DNA of 64,000 nt, taken from Amoebophrya sp. A120. Taxonomy: Eukaryota; Protista; Dinoflagellata. A program made the translations under genes and the position numbers. The stretch's first letter is position 1, and each line of letters starts with the position of its first letter. The stretch is from assembly GCA_905178155.1 (NCBI GenBank), contig CAJINV010000007.1, positions 4,172,265 to 4,236,264 on the forward strand, in the 5' to 3' direction. Positions 48,062-58,830 of the stretch are shown in pieces. The notes under the pieces were generated by a model. It was not told the DNA's origin. It worked only from the letters and a program-made list of their open reading frames with translations, and did not search any database.

Positions 48062-49219
48062 ATGAGCACTTTGTTAGGAAGTTCCTTCGGATCTCTTGAT
48101 ACAGCGACCAGTGGTGACGACAGCCCTTTGCACATCCCTAATATATGCGATTTGCATTGGAAATTATTTAACGTCGACCACAAAATTACGGATCTATTTG
48201 TGCCCGAAGTGCAATCGCCTAGTCTATATTGTCCCACCGCCGCCCCAGACAGCCTCCTGCAAATCGAGGCGAGGGACACGCAAACGGACTGGGCCTTTCG
48301 GCAAGAAGTTGGAGTTAACGAGGTGCAGGGTTCCGATCTCCTGCATCAGTATCGTCACGTACGTACGTTGGGACTTGCAGCGAAGCGCCTCATCCCGCCC
48401 ACGTACTCGTTGGTGACCGCGGATATCTCGCCGACGAACGTGGTTTCTCCAGCTTTGCCTGGGCGACAAACCGGCTATACAGTCGACTCCAGAACAACTA
48501 CTAATAGTTTTTGCAAGTTCTTGTTCTGGTTCAACCCGATCGGGCACCCCTGCTACGCGGGGTATATCGAGATCCTGTGTCGCGACTTCACCGATCTGCA
48601 GTTGGAAGAGTTTCTCAACTGCACCGAGTGTTTGGACAAGATTATTGCAGGCGTCGTGAAAAATTACGTGTCGAACGAGTTATATCTGCGTACAAACGAC
48701 ACCAACCTGCAGACTGACTTTGACATCGATTTGGTGAACACCGTCTTCGACGGTGTCGGCTCGGAGTTTCACTTTCAGGACGTCAAAGCCTGCCTCGAAA
48801 CTTTTAACAGTAACGAGTTTTTCACGCCGGAAAATATTAATTTTAACGAGGACCTGGATCGTGTTCAGGCCGCACTGTTTCTGCAGCGGCATCTGGTCGT
48901 CGTTCCGTCCAACACGCAAGAGACACGCCACGTCGGCGACATCGAGTTGTGCGCCTGCTGCGTCATCGACCCATCTGCTAGTGCGAACCTGGGTGCTAGC
49001 CTAGTCCGCGCGCTGGATAACAAGGTTTTCTTCGGTGCCTTTGGTTCGCTTGAAGAGAATCGAAACGAAGCAGAAGTCGAAAACCCGGACGACCTAGAGG
49101 AGATCTGGCCGGTCTTCTTTCGTAAGCTGGGTCCGTCTACGCCCGACCCGCGGCAGTCCTTCACGACTTCATCTGATGTTTCCGGCAGAGCTTCTGCGAC
49201 AATCAGAGGCGGCTTCTGA
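48062..49219 (+). CDS. ORFX of the YR retroelement, unknown function (385 aa)
   Basis: Intronless ATG ORF just inside A2; overlaps the start of the YR ORF by 44 nt; no motif recognised. Confidence 0.7.
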   Translation: MSTLLGSSFGSLDTATSGDDSPLHIPNICDLHWKLFNVDHKITDLFVPEVQSPSLYCPTAAPDSLLQIEARDTQTDWAFRQEVGVNEVQGSDLLHQYRHVRTLGLAAKRLIPPTYSLVTADISPTNVVSPALPGRQTGYTVDSRTTTNSFCKFLFWFNPIGHPCYAGYIEILCRDFTDLQLEEFLNCTECLDKIIAGVVKNYVSNELYLRTNDTNLQTDFDIDLVNTVFDGVGSEFHFQDVKACLETFNSNEFFTPENINFNEDLDRVQAALFLQRHLVVVPSNTQETRHVGDIELCACCVIDPSASANLGASLVRALDNKVFFGAFGSLEENRNEAEVENPDDLEEIWPVFFRKLGPSTPDPRQSFTTSSDVSGRASATIRGGF

Positions 49220-51134
49220 AGCCGCACAACCAGTCCTTCAGCAATCGCGTCCACTCGCAAAGTGGCGTGCGGAGAAACTGGAAAAAGAACAAGCTGCTTT
49301 TGAAAAATCGGAAGCAGATAAATTTATGCGTGAGCGAGAACTGCGGCGTGCTCGCGCACCCGCATACATGCCGATGAACATTGATTTTTCGAAAATTCGT
49401 CATCCCGCGGACGCTGGGGACAGCTTTGGAGTTCTTCCCGACGATGTTGGCCTTCTTTCCGACGAGGAGGACCTTCTGAGTTTTGATAATAAGCCGCCTC
49501 GGCCTTCTGGGTTACTAGGGAGCTCGTCTTCGGCTCGCGCAAGATCCCCTCGTCGCATCTCGACTACAATCAATAATTACAACAACGTCAACGTGATTTC
49601 GAGTTCTTTCAATTCTTCTACGACCACCGCCCAGAGCTTCGCATTTTTCCAGCCGCCGCAGCAGTCGTCGATGGAAAATCGTCGTGTGCAGTTCGAAGCC
49701 CCTGCTACGGAAATCGAAGAAGAATCTATTTTGCTACATGGTGGCTCGGTCGCTGACCCGCCTGTTGTGTCCGGTCAGCACCTCATGAATTTTCATGCTG
49801 CTCGGCGTGCTGCTGCCGTGTCCGGGCAAGCCGACATGCAGATCGATAACAAGAAAAGAATTCCGGACGAAGAAAATCTGACCGAGGAGCAAGCTCTTAA
49901 TGCTATGCTTCAAATCGTCGAATCCGACGATCCTATGGCTGGGCCCGACCCGAAGCACAAACCTGCTGGCGCCTCCATCAACAGCACCCCGCAGGAGATC
50001 ACGGAGCAGATTAACATCGTGAACGAGAGTTTTCGCTGGAATAAGAATTCTTCCGTGAAGTACCGGGTGCAGTACGCCAGATATGCCAAACTCATGATCA
50101 CTTGTGGTCTGCGTCCCTGGCCTGAAGATTGCACGCACTATTCAATGATGCTGCTCGGTCAGTTTATGCTGAAAATCGGGAAGGGAAAGCAATCCCGTTG
50201 TACGAACATCAGCCACATCAAGTCGTTTATCGCAGCCGCGTCCCCGCTGTCGCACAACGCAAAAGAAGCCTACTCGGCGACTTTCAAGATGTTCTTGCGC
50301 CTCAAGGCCCCCGCCATGAAGAAGACGGGTTTTCGACTCAGTCATATGGTAGTCCTGCTGCTTAACATCGAAAATTTGCGGGTGCGCGTCGGTGCTTTGG
50401 CTACATCCAGGGGCGCGCCGATCCTGAAGTTTTATCAGTTCATCCTCGCCATTTGGTGGGGACACTTGAGATTCGACGATGCGGGATCAACCCGTCGTCT
50501 CTGCAACGGCGACGAGTTTGTGGAATACACAATTTTTAGTGCCAAGAACGATCAGTCCGGAGGTCATCGTGATGGCTGGCTTCTGGGCTGCGGGTGCAGT
50601 ACGGCGCCGCTCGTTGGACAAGGTTATGTTCGCTTCTGCCCGGTCCACTGCATCGATACGATGGACTGGCAGACCATGCGTTTCTGGGACATCCAACGTA
50701 TTCGTGGTGCTTTTCTCGAGATGGTGGAGCGCGGTGGACTCCGTGATGAAGTCGACCAAATGGAGCGTAACGACGACATCGGTACGCACTCTGTGCGTAT
50801 CGGTTCAGTGCAAAGTGCCTACGAAGGTGGTGTTCAGCAGCATGAGCTGCAGCTGATGGCCCGCCACAAGGACGCTAGCACCACCAAAGGTTACATCAAC
50901 ACCGCCCTCCTCTTCCCAGATACGATTACGATCGGGTGGCCACGCCTGCGGGGGACACATTTTGGTCCGAATCCGCATGCTGTGCGATTGGCGACAAATC
51001 ATCAGTTCATGGCTCAGCAGAAGTGTTTCAGACGCGGCGTGCTCCCGCGTGACAGGGTGAATCACGCGGCGTTGTCCGACAGCTTCTTCGAGTATAGAAA
51101 CCCAGCTGATGTTAACGATGATGCTGTGCCCTAA
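49176..51134 (+). CDS. Tyrosine recombinase
   Basis: Catalytic set R (GHLRFDD), K (SAKNDQ), HxxR (THSVRIG), H (ARHK), Y (TKGY), plus the DIRS-type CPV motif. Confidence 0.92.
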   Translation: MFPAELLRQSEAASEAAQPVLQQSRPLAKWRAEKLEKEQAAFEKSEADKFMRERELRRARAPAYMPMNIDFSKIRHPADAGDSFGVLPDDVGLLSDEEDLLSFDNKPPRPSGLLGSSSSARARSPRRISTTINNYNNVNVISSSFNSSTTTAQSFAFFQPPQQSSMENRRVQFEAPATEIEEESILLHGGSVADPPVVSGQHLMNFHAARRAAAVSGQADMQIDNKKRIPDEENLTEEQALNAMLQIVESDDPMAGPDPKHKPAGASINSTPQEITEQINIVNESFRWNKNSSVKYRVQYARYAKLMITCGLRPWPEDCTHYSMMLLGQFMLKIGKGKQSRCTNISHIKSFIAAASPLSHNAKEAYSATFKMFLRLKAPAMKKTGFRLSHMVVLLLNIENLRVRVGALATSRGAPILKFYQFILAIWWGHLRFDDAGSTRRLCNGDEFVEYTIFSAKNDQSGGHRDGWLLGCGCSTAPLVGQGYVRFCPVHCIDTMDWQTMRFWDIQRIRGAFLEMVERGGLRDEVDQMERNDDIGTHSVRIGSVQSAYEGGVQQHELQLMARHKDASTTKGYINTALLFPDTITIGWPRLRGTHFGPNPHAVRLATNHQFMAQQKCFRRGVLPRDRVNHAALSDSFFEYRNPADVNDDAVP

Positions 51135-51522
51135 ATTTTGCACGACATCGTTCCGGATCTCGAACGTCAGTTATGTACGATCGTAAGACGGCTAACTGGT
51201 TCGAAGTCTTTTTATATCAGATCTTTTTGCAAATTTGAAGAAAACGAAAATCATATAAATCCTCGCCTCCGATCAGCCCCTCGCAAATTCCATCTTAATT
51301 TGCTCCTCGCTGTTTAGGCTCTGTTCTCTCGATCTTTGATCTGCTTTTCACAATAACAAATTTACTTTTGCTTGCGTTTTTCGCTCGAAGTTAATTCGTT
51401 TTTCGTCTTCTTCATTTTTCGCTCACAGGGATTCGCGAACTGAAGATCTGTTTTAAGACTTCGACCAGTTACTTGTTTTTGTCTTGCGACTTACTACTTC
51501 TTTTTCAACCCAAAAAGACAAA

Positions 51523-52341
51523 ATGGCAGCTGCTGTTCCGGGTGTGGCCGATGCCGCTGCTCTCATGCAGGCGAACATGATGGCTCAGGCCGAGATCGGT
51601 CTGGGTGTTTTGACCCAGCAGCAGGCCGATGACCTGCGTGTCGCGCAGCAGAACTGCTCCGATACTATCGACGGGCGCCAGTACTTGTACCTCTTGCAGA
51701 TCGGTGGAAATCAGCGCTTGGATGCGTTGCACTCCGAGTCTACGCCGCCGACCTGCCGCCTGACGCCGGGTCAGACCCTTACGGGCTGTCGTGCCATCGA
51801 GTATTTAAACGACGATCAATATCGTTCGCTGAAGGACATGTTGTACGACGCCTGCCGCGACCAGATGCCGACTTTCGCCGATATCATGTCCGGAAATATG
51901 GAGAAGCTCGTTAAAGCCCTTCCAATTGAGAAGGTCTCCTCCATTTTCTCCAAATGTTTCAAGGAGACCCTTAAGCGCGACTTGCTGCCGAACGTCGCCG
52001 CGGGTAACGACGAGTATCAGCGCCGCTGCACGCTCGCGTTGACGAACAACTTCCGCATCGCCTTTACCTCCGCAATTGCGCTCGAGAAGCGTCTGGCTGA
52101 GGTAACTCAAGATGTTGCTGCTACTTCGTATACACCGACTAGAATTAAGGCGGACGGCACTCCCCTCAAGGAGGTGAAGAAAGTTGATCGTATTTGTATT
52201 GCGCACATTCGTGGCAAATGCACAAAGGGTGCTAAGTGCAAGGACTTACACAAAGCCCCTAAGGCACGGTTGATGAAGGTGTTGAAGAACTTCAGCATCA
52301 CCTTGGCTGACGACGAGCTTAAAAAGTTCGTCAAAGAGTAA
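51523..52341 (+). CDS. Gag-like protein with C-terminal CCCH zinc finger
   Basis: CIAHIRGKCTKGAKCKDLH matches C-x7-C-x5-C-x3-H; lies immediately upstream of RT. Confidence 0.7.
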   Translation: MAAAVPGVADAAALMQANMMAQAEIGLGVLTQQQADDLRVAQQNCSDTIDGRQYLYLLQIGGNQRLDALHSESTPPTCRLTPGQTLTGCRAIEYLNDDQYRSLKDMLYDACRDQMPTFADIMSGNMEKLVKALPIEKVSSIFSKCFKETLKRDLLPNVAAGNDEYQRRCTLALTNNFRIAFTSAIALEKRLAEVTQDVAATSYTPTRIKADGTPLKEVKKVDRICIAHIRGKCTKGAKCKDLHKAPKARLMKVLKNFSITLADDELKKFVKE

Positions 52342-52665
52342 TTTTTATGCCGTCCGCCTTTAACACTTGTATGCCCACCCGACATAGTCGTATGTAGTTT
52401 CCGTTCGATGACGCTACGCTTATGTTTCGGTTCGTACAAAATGCTTCGTTCACATGTAACTTTTGGCGTACTGATTTCGTTGGACTTTGGAAATTTAAAT
52501 AACAGATTCCGCACCTGCGATTTTAATCCGCGCTCCGCGTCTCCCCACGTCCAGGTCTCAACCCCCCTTGCTGTGGCCTACCTGTGGATGGAATAATAAG
52601 ATCTTGTGCTCATTACTATATACTTGTTCAATTCTCTCTTACTTCTTTTTCTTTCTTACATCATC

Positions 52666-55062
52666 ATGGAACGTGTTTATATCGAGGTTATGGACACCAA
52701 TAAGTCTCGTGCTTACGGTGTGCCGCGAAGTTATCCAGACTGGGTGTTGAACTCAATCGAGTTTAATAAAGGACGATCTGATGAGGCTGTTTGTGAGAAA
52801 AATCAGGAATGGGCTAAAAAGCTTCTTCAGTACGCCCAAGACCGCAGTTTAGATGCGGAGGAAAAAGCCTTCCATGAGCAAATTCCACAGCCGCGTCGTG
52901 GCATCTATTTTGGTAAGCGCTTCGTGCTTCTTCGTCGTCTTCTTTCGGAAGCTGTAGATCAGCTCCCGCAGCTACACCCTCATCGTGAGAAAATTCTAAG
53001 TATTGTTACGAAGCTTCAGGCAGGCTTCGTTACCGACGGAAAGATCGACCCCTCCGGTTTCTGGTCGGCCCTCTCCGAAGACAAAATTTTCAAGCAGCTT
53101 ATTGAGGCGCAGGCAAATCCGATTGAAGACTTCCAAGAGCCCCCGACTTCGCACTGGGCTGCCGAAGAGGACATTGAGTCCCTTTACGAGGACTGCGAGA
53201 AAATGATTTCTCGTGGCCTCTGGCGCGTGCAGGATCACGCTGACTTGAAGCGGCGCGGAATTAAATATAGGGCGGCAATAGCTTTTCCCGTCAAGCGCGT
53301 CGGTAAACGCAATCGCACCTGCATCGACAAGAGGCGTTCGAATTTCCACCTGCAGTCGATGGAGAAGATTCGGCTCCTTGGCTGTCGCACAGCAATCCAG
53401 ATCAAGGAAAGATGCCTCTCCCGCTCGTCGACGCATGTGGGCACCTTTCAGTACAAGCAGGACATCCAGGCGGACGTCCTGACCGAGTTCGCGATTCGCC
53501 GCTCTTTCGAGCAGCATGGCAGTATTTCACGCGAAAATTTGCGTATGAAAGATGATCGTATTCGCTCGCCGCTTTACTCTTTTGTTCCCGGTGATTTCGT
53601 TCGTGATTTTGAAGGTTTTTACTATCAAACTACTGTAAATAACGAATACATGAACTCGATCTGGATTCCCGTTCCTTTTTCGCGTGTGAAGCCTAAGGAC
53701 CGAAAGAGAGACTCCGCTGGGAACTTCGTTAGGACGTTCCTTCTTGTTTCTTCTCTTGTGTCCGTATTTGGCTCTTTGACTAGTATTCACGATTGTTGTA
53801 CTGTCTCCGAAGCGCTCATGCTCGTTTTTAATCAATTGTTTAAACTAATTTATACCATTTATATTGATGACGGTCATGGCCATTCCAGGCTGGGTGCTCA
53901 GCGGTCAGACGAAGCTCTATGCGATCTCGCGTTGCACATTCTGGGGTGGCAGCAGTCACCAGGCAAGCAACAGTCTTCGCTGCTTGGTGCCGTTGTCGCG
54001 TCGTTTAATGATGCTTCTGCTTTCTCGCCGGTTTCGTCGTCGTCTGTGCGTGATGTGGTTCAGAAGGCTATTGTCGTGCTCGGAATCGCGTATCAAGTCA
54101 ACTTCTTCCGGCAGAAAATCTTCGTTTCCGTTGCGGCCGAGAAGCGGGCGCAATTTCGTGCTGATGGTCACGATATCTTGGCGCGTTTAACATCGCGTCG
54201 GGATCGGGAGTTGTACCTACAACATTCGGCGCTCCTCTCGTTCATTGGGCTGTTTCGCCATTGTATTCAGTTCAACAGGCAGTTGACTTTTTACGCCAAG
54301 GGTCTGGACATCTGGCAGCAGGAGTCGTTCTTCAAGAAGAACATCACTCGTACGGCGTCCAGGAACGAGCTCAAGCATCGCATCGTTACGGCCCTCTTTG
54401 TGGAGCAAAATCTTCGCGACAAGGAGATTTCTCGTGCGTCTGTGGATAAGGAAATTATCCACATGTACACTGACGCCAGCATGCGGAATGCGCCGGCGTG
54501 TGCGAAAGCAGTGCGTGCGGGCCGAGGCAAGCCGGAACTTTTTCGGCCGTCGCTGTCGCCGTTTGAAATCCGCTGTGCTGTGGTGTTGTATGATGGGCAA
54601 GAGTCTGTCCTTGCCTTTCGTTCTAAACTTGATCAAGTTCCACCTAAAATCGCGGAAATGCCCTCCACGGTGAATATAGGTGTTTTCGAAGCCTTGTCAC
54701 CGCGGGTGGGTATTGATGTGTTTCAAAAACGTTTGTCCGGTAAATTACTCATTTTGCATCTTGACCACATAGGAGATGTTTTCTCCTTGGGCAAGAATTC
54801 GTCTAGAAATTTTATTATTCAACACATTTCTCATGCTTTTCATCAGTTTTGCGTTAAATACGACATTCAGGTTTATTTCACCTGGTTGTGCTCCGCTCTG
54901 AATTTTGCAGATGTCGGTACGCGTGCCGATCGTCATCATCTTTTGCATTCTACTTTTCCAAATATTCAAGAACGAGTTATTCCATCCGCTCTTCTGCAGG
55001 CCCCCCAGCTATGGGGACTGGACATCGAAGAGGAGCCTAGCCTTCTGTTTACTCCTTTTTAA
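52666..55062 (+). CDS. Reverse transcriptase / RNase H (DIRS-like)
   Basis: FPVKR.GK..R..ID.R..N, DFEGFYYQ, VFGSLTS, YIDD (RT); YTDAS, NIGVFE, LHLD, NFADVGTR (RNase H). No DDE integrase or protease. Confidence 0.92.
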   Translation: MERVYIEVMDTNKSRAYGVPRSYPDWVLNSIEFNKGRSDEAVCEKNQEWAKKLLQYAQDRSLDAEEKAFHEQIPQPRRGIYFGKRFVLLRRLLSEAVDQLPQLHPHREKILSIVTKLQAGFVTDGKIDPSGFWSALSEDKIFKQLIEAQANPIEDFQEPPTSHWAAEEDIESLYEDCEKMISRGLWRVQDHADLKRRGIKYRAAIAFPVKRVGKRNRTCIDKRRSNFHLQSMEKIRLLGCRTAIQIKERCLSRSSTHVGTFQYKQDIQADVLTEFAIRRSFEQHGSISRENLRMKDDRIRSPLYSFVPGDFVRDFEGFYYQTTVNNEYMNSIWIPVPFSRVKPKDRKRDSAGNFVRTFLLVSSLVSVFGSLTSIHDCCTVSEALMLVFNQLFKLIYTIYIDDGHGHSRLGAQRSDEALCDLALHILGWQQSPGKQQSSLLGAVVASFNDASAFSPVSSSSVRDVVQKAIVVLGIAYQVNFFRQKIFVSVAAEKRAQFRADGHDILARLTSRRDRELYLQHSALLSFIGLFRHCIQFNRQLTFYAKGLDIWQQESFFKKNITRTASRNELKHRIVTALFVEQNLRDKEISRASVDKEIIHMYTDASMRNAPACAKAVRAGRGKPELFRPSLSPFEIRCAVVLYDGQESVLAFRSKLDQVPPKIAEMPSTVNIGVFEALSPRVGIDVFQKRLSGKLLILHLDHIGDVFSLGKNSSRNFIIQHISHAFHQFCVKYDIQVYFTWLCSALNFADVGTRADRHHLLHSTFPNIQERVIPSALLQAPQLWGLDIEEEPSLLFTPF

Positions 55063-55124
55063 AAATCTAGTGAGCTGAAGGTCTAACGTCAGCATTTTGT
55101 ACAATACTTTGCGCTATAGTCATC

Positions 55125-55424
55125 GCGTGGCATTGCTATATCCTAGTTGCTTTGCGAAAACAGTTCGGAAAGGCTCGCTGAGCCTTGTTTCACCTTTTCA
55201 CAAAGATCCTTGTTGCTGCGCACGTTGCCGTGCTTGATCACGGTCAGGCTGCGTACCCCGCTTCCTGAAAGCATCGAATGTACCAGCAAGCTGACACTTT
55301 CTCCATGTACACATGAGGTTCCTCGAATATAGAAAAAAGATGTCGATGCAAAGGTATCGAAGATCAGCTTTGGATCGTTTTGGGTCGTGTTCGAGTAAAA
55401 AGAATTTAAGTATAAAACTTTATA
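55125..55424 (+). repeat. Split direct repeat B2
   Basis: 300 nt, no differences seen versus 47599-47898. Confidence 0.95.
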
Positions 55425-56098
55425 ACGAAACTCGGTTTTGGATCCAAATCGTGGAGTAGATAGAGCAAGGTGCCAGGGCTGAAACAAGTCTCAAAAGGGA
55501 CCATGGGGCTGGGAGTCATGGAATCTATCGTCAGATACCGTGGGGAGGAACTGCTTACACCAAATAATTGTTGACATATGTTCAATTGCTACTCTTAGGT
55601 CGTAATTCCTTTGGCCTTTTGCTTGTAGCACTAGAACGACCAGAAGTTCAGTTTCTGCTCTTGTGCCGGCTTACGGGTTTCAGCAAAGAATTCTACATAT
55701 TATGCTCGATCACCTGTTTTTAGAAAACTTTTTCGAAGCATCGAATTTCCGCAATATATTGGTCTTGCTTTATTTTCAATTCTTGGAAATACACTTGATT
55801 GACCTGCTAGTCTTATTACCGTAGACACCACTAGCTGTGCCACAGCATAATTTTTTTCTTGAAAGTAGAAGGCGTAACAGGAAAAGTGGGTCCAGAATTC
55901 AAATTCTTTATGGCCACTGCGTGCGTCGGCCCTTGAGCTCACGCCGTTCTTCAGGTGAACTCTGACATCGATCACGAACAAGAGCACCAACGCATTTTGA
56001 TATTGTGCTGCACCAGCAGCAGCACGAAGGTCACCTGACAAACGGGAGACACACCACCACCACCACCAGTTTCTGCGAGCCAACCGCCTTCTCTGAAA

Positions 56099-58830
56099 AT
56101 GAACGCTGACCAGCACCGTCATTATGACGGTAACAACCAGCGGCCACTGCCGGATGCGCCCAGAATACACAAATCACCCGAGATGATGCCGGGCGTGTCC
56201 CTGGGGCAAAGGTATAATTGGGGCCACCAGTGCACGCCGAGTGGGAGGTCACTTTTTCCGCAGCCGCCCGTGTCGCAGTTTCACAGAAGTATACACAACT
56301 AAAAAAATCATTTACTCACATGTTTTGTTATCCGCCGCTGAGACGCGCCAAAGTTGAATGTGATTCTTCCTTGATGCCTTTCTGCATGACAACCGCAACC
56401 AAGAATAGAAGATGGTTTTAGTCGTATCTTCAAATTTCTTGAGGTATCAACCAAGATGCCGAGATGGGGAATCTTTGGGTCGACGGCTCCAACACCTATG
56501 AGGACGCCCGACTTTCGACCCAGCCCTACCACCTGGAAAAGTATCAAATGCAAAAATGTCTGGGTCTGGAAGAGTGCAGACTTGTCATGCATATTTTCCC
56601 TGCCCCATGAGGTCTGGAATGCAGGACCTGGCATGACAGATTCTGCGAAGTCTCTATCATGCCTATCCTGCATGAGAGACTCCCACAACTCATGTTGGTC
56701 AAAAAAGGACAATTTTAATTTTTAGCGATCACGCAACACAGATTTTTGTGTGACCCACAGGACGCTGCATCACAAGTTCCATTCTCCCAGACCCAGACAT
56801 TTTTACAATCCATAAAAAGGACGTCCGAACGATGACAGCTTACAGCTACGACCGTAAGGTACCTCCAGGGACCTACGTCGAGCCAAAAGTGTATGGATGT
56901 GTCAGGATCGAAATCGACAAAGTCAAAAAATTTGTGATGCATAAAATGTAGAGCACTGAGGGCCTATAGTAATAGTACTAGGGAGCAGGCAAATGACGCC
57001 GATTGTGGGCCTGTTTAGGGGTATACAACGTGCTGCCAGAGTAGCACGACATGAGAAGTCTTCTTTGCCCAAACAGCATGACAGACTGGATGCGGGAGGT
57101 GCCCCCGAAATTTGTCATGCGCCACTTGGAGACTGAGGCTCCAACTGGCAATGGCATCGATTTTGTGCATCACAAGTTTTTCGATTTTGTCAAATTCGAA
57201 GATTCTGACACCTCCATAAAGTGTTTAACCAAGGCAACCACGTAAACTGGAAGACCCGGCCGCTGGACAAGTTTGAGCAGGCAAAAATGAGGCGAGACAT
57301 CCGCTGTTACTCCGTGCCGAAAAGGGGCGTGCAGGGGGAGCACCACCCTGTGTGTATTTAATATTTTTGTGTTCGAGGACTTCTTGTTCATCTTCATGCT
57401 GGAGTACTTACGCAGTACATCTGTGATGCGACACCACCCTGCTGTGTACTACGAGTGAAGATGATCATCTCGTCCACCTTGCATGTTGAGTTGTAGATAT
57501 GAGGAATTTTTTACCGTGCGATTTTCTCCAGTCAATCTCCCAACAGGTTGCTTCGTGGGGTTTGTAGAATGGACCATGGAACGCGGGGCGATGCCAAGAG
57601 GAGAGCAGGACCGGCTCATGTACGCGGCTTGCGCAAGTAAATACCCCTGCAGTAGTATCTTTTGTAAAAACATCCCCACCCCATAGTCAAGTTGGGAAAT
57701 CTGCAAGACAAATCGACAAGCTTTGGCTGCTGCGCATGACAAGTTGGGCCCCGTAGTGTAATCCTATTTAGCTATTTCAGCAGCATCACAGATCTAGCAT
57801 ATCATGATGATTCGAGCATGACAAATTCCGAAATACGACTAGAAATTGCTTCTCATGGGGCTCCGCATGAGAGACATTTTCACCATGCTGATTTGCATGA
57901 CAGCTCTGGGGTCGTTTACAAAGGGGAGGCAAAGTGTGCCGCACTTCTGTTTAGCATGACAACTCTGGGGTGGGGATGTTTTTCCACAGGATAAGTAGGC
58001 CAGCAACCTACGAGGAGTACATATCGCATGGCATAGCAGGCCTGCCCTTGATCAACCAAACGAAATACGACATTACGTTCGTCGGGCCAGGTACCGTACT
58101 CGCAATGATATTGATTCGTACAACTTCTAGTTGCTCTTGCATGTTTACTTCTAGTTGCTCTTGCTATTGTCGCATCATGGATTTTTGAGATTGAGTTGTC
58201 ATCGATCACTACGCAGCCAGGTCTCCTGCTCGAAGCATTTACAATCTATCGTTGATGAAGATGATGACCAAAAAAACGCTGCATCGTCTTCAATATCAAG
58301 GTAGCGACAAAATCGGCCCGGGCGTGCTTGACCATAAGAACACAAATTTTGCACGAAAGAAGGTAGTCTTTCCCGGTGACAGAATGGACGGGAGCAGTGG
58401 CCAGATTGAAATAGACGACTCGTCCTGCTGGGGCAGGAAAGCATGTACTGAAATGTCAAAGTGCCTTCGTTTTTTGAACGATTTGCATTTCTGACTTATA
58501 CTCAACATGGGATAAGTTTTTTTATGGGTATGTTCTGTTACTTTGGCTAGTATGGCTAAACTCAGTACAACAATTCTGACCAAAATACGCCGACTGCAAG
58601 ATCGTCTATCATGAGCCTAAAGATCTTGATCAACCAAACCTTCAGGCATTGCCGTCGTTTACCAGAACCGGTTACGGAAACAGCCCTCGTTGAAGCAGTT
58701 TGGGCTCTTGAGGAACACGCTCAACAAGCCGCTAAACGAGTTGCAGGCGAATAATCTGAACAAAGACTCGACGCAGTGGGACACTTTTCAGCACCTGTAC
58801 AAGCAAAACGCACGGGTCACGCCTTTGTGA
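56099..58830 (+). CDS. Hypothetical multi-exon protein
   Basis: The + frame stays open across introners at 56542, 56892 and 57656 (…YHLEK|DVRTM…EPKV|FNQGN…; …YPCS|RPATY). Last exon is GIAVVYQNR…VTPL*. Confidence 0.65.
56542..56814. mobile_element. Introner, family A, inverted relative to the 1890/2434/62422 copies
   Basis: Family A TIR; direct repeat aaaag; its right arm is the reverse complement of the left arm of the 1890 copy. Confidence 0.92.
56892..57218. mobile_element. Introner, family C, inverted relative to 4825/39534
   Basis: Direct repeat aagtg; interior is the reverse complement of the 4825 copy. Confidence 0.92.
57656..57993. mobile_element. Introner, family F, inverted relative to 28488
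   Basis: TIR …aaaaacatccccacccca; direct repeat agtag; frame restored with +5 nt. Confidence 0.92.

Larger units (their letters stand above)
47088..55424 (+). mobile_element. Tyrosine-recombinase (DIRS-order) retrotransposon with split direct repeats
   Basis: Repeats A1 47088-47158, B1 47599-47898, A2 47895-47965, B2 55125-55424. Intact YR, CCCH gag-like and RT/RNase H ORFs. No TSD; a shared TATA core at both ends. Confidence 0.92.

Noticed and set aside
49176-51134. YR as the enzyme mobilising the introners, or as a phage integrase/contaminant
   Set aside because: 5-nt TSDs with TIRs imply staggered DDE-type cuts, which YR does not make. The YR is linked to DIRS-type RT/RH within eukaryotic genes.
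47599-55424. 300-nt B repeats as LTRs of a gypsy/copia element
   Set aside because: There are no TG…CA ends, TSD, PPT, protease or DDE integrase. YR plus the additional A repeats indicate split direct repeats.
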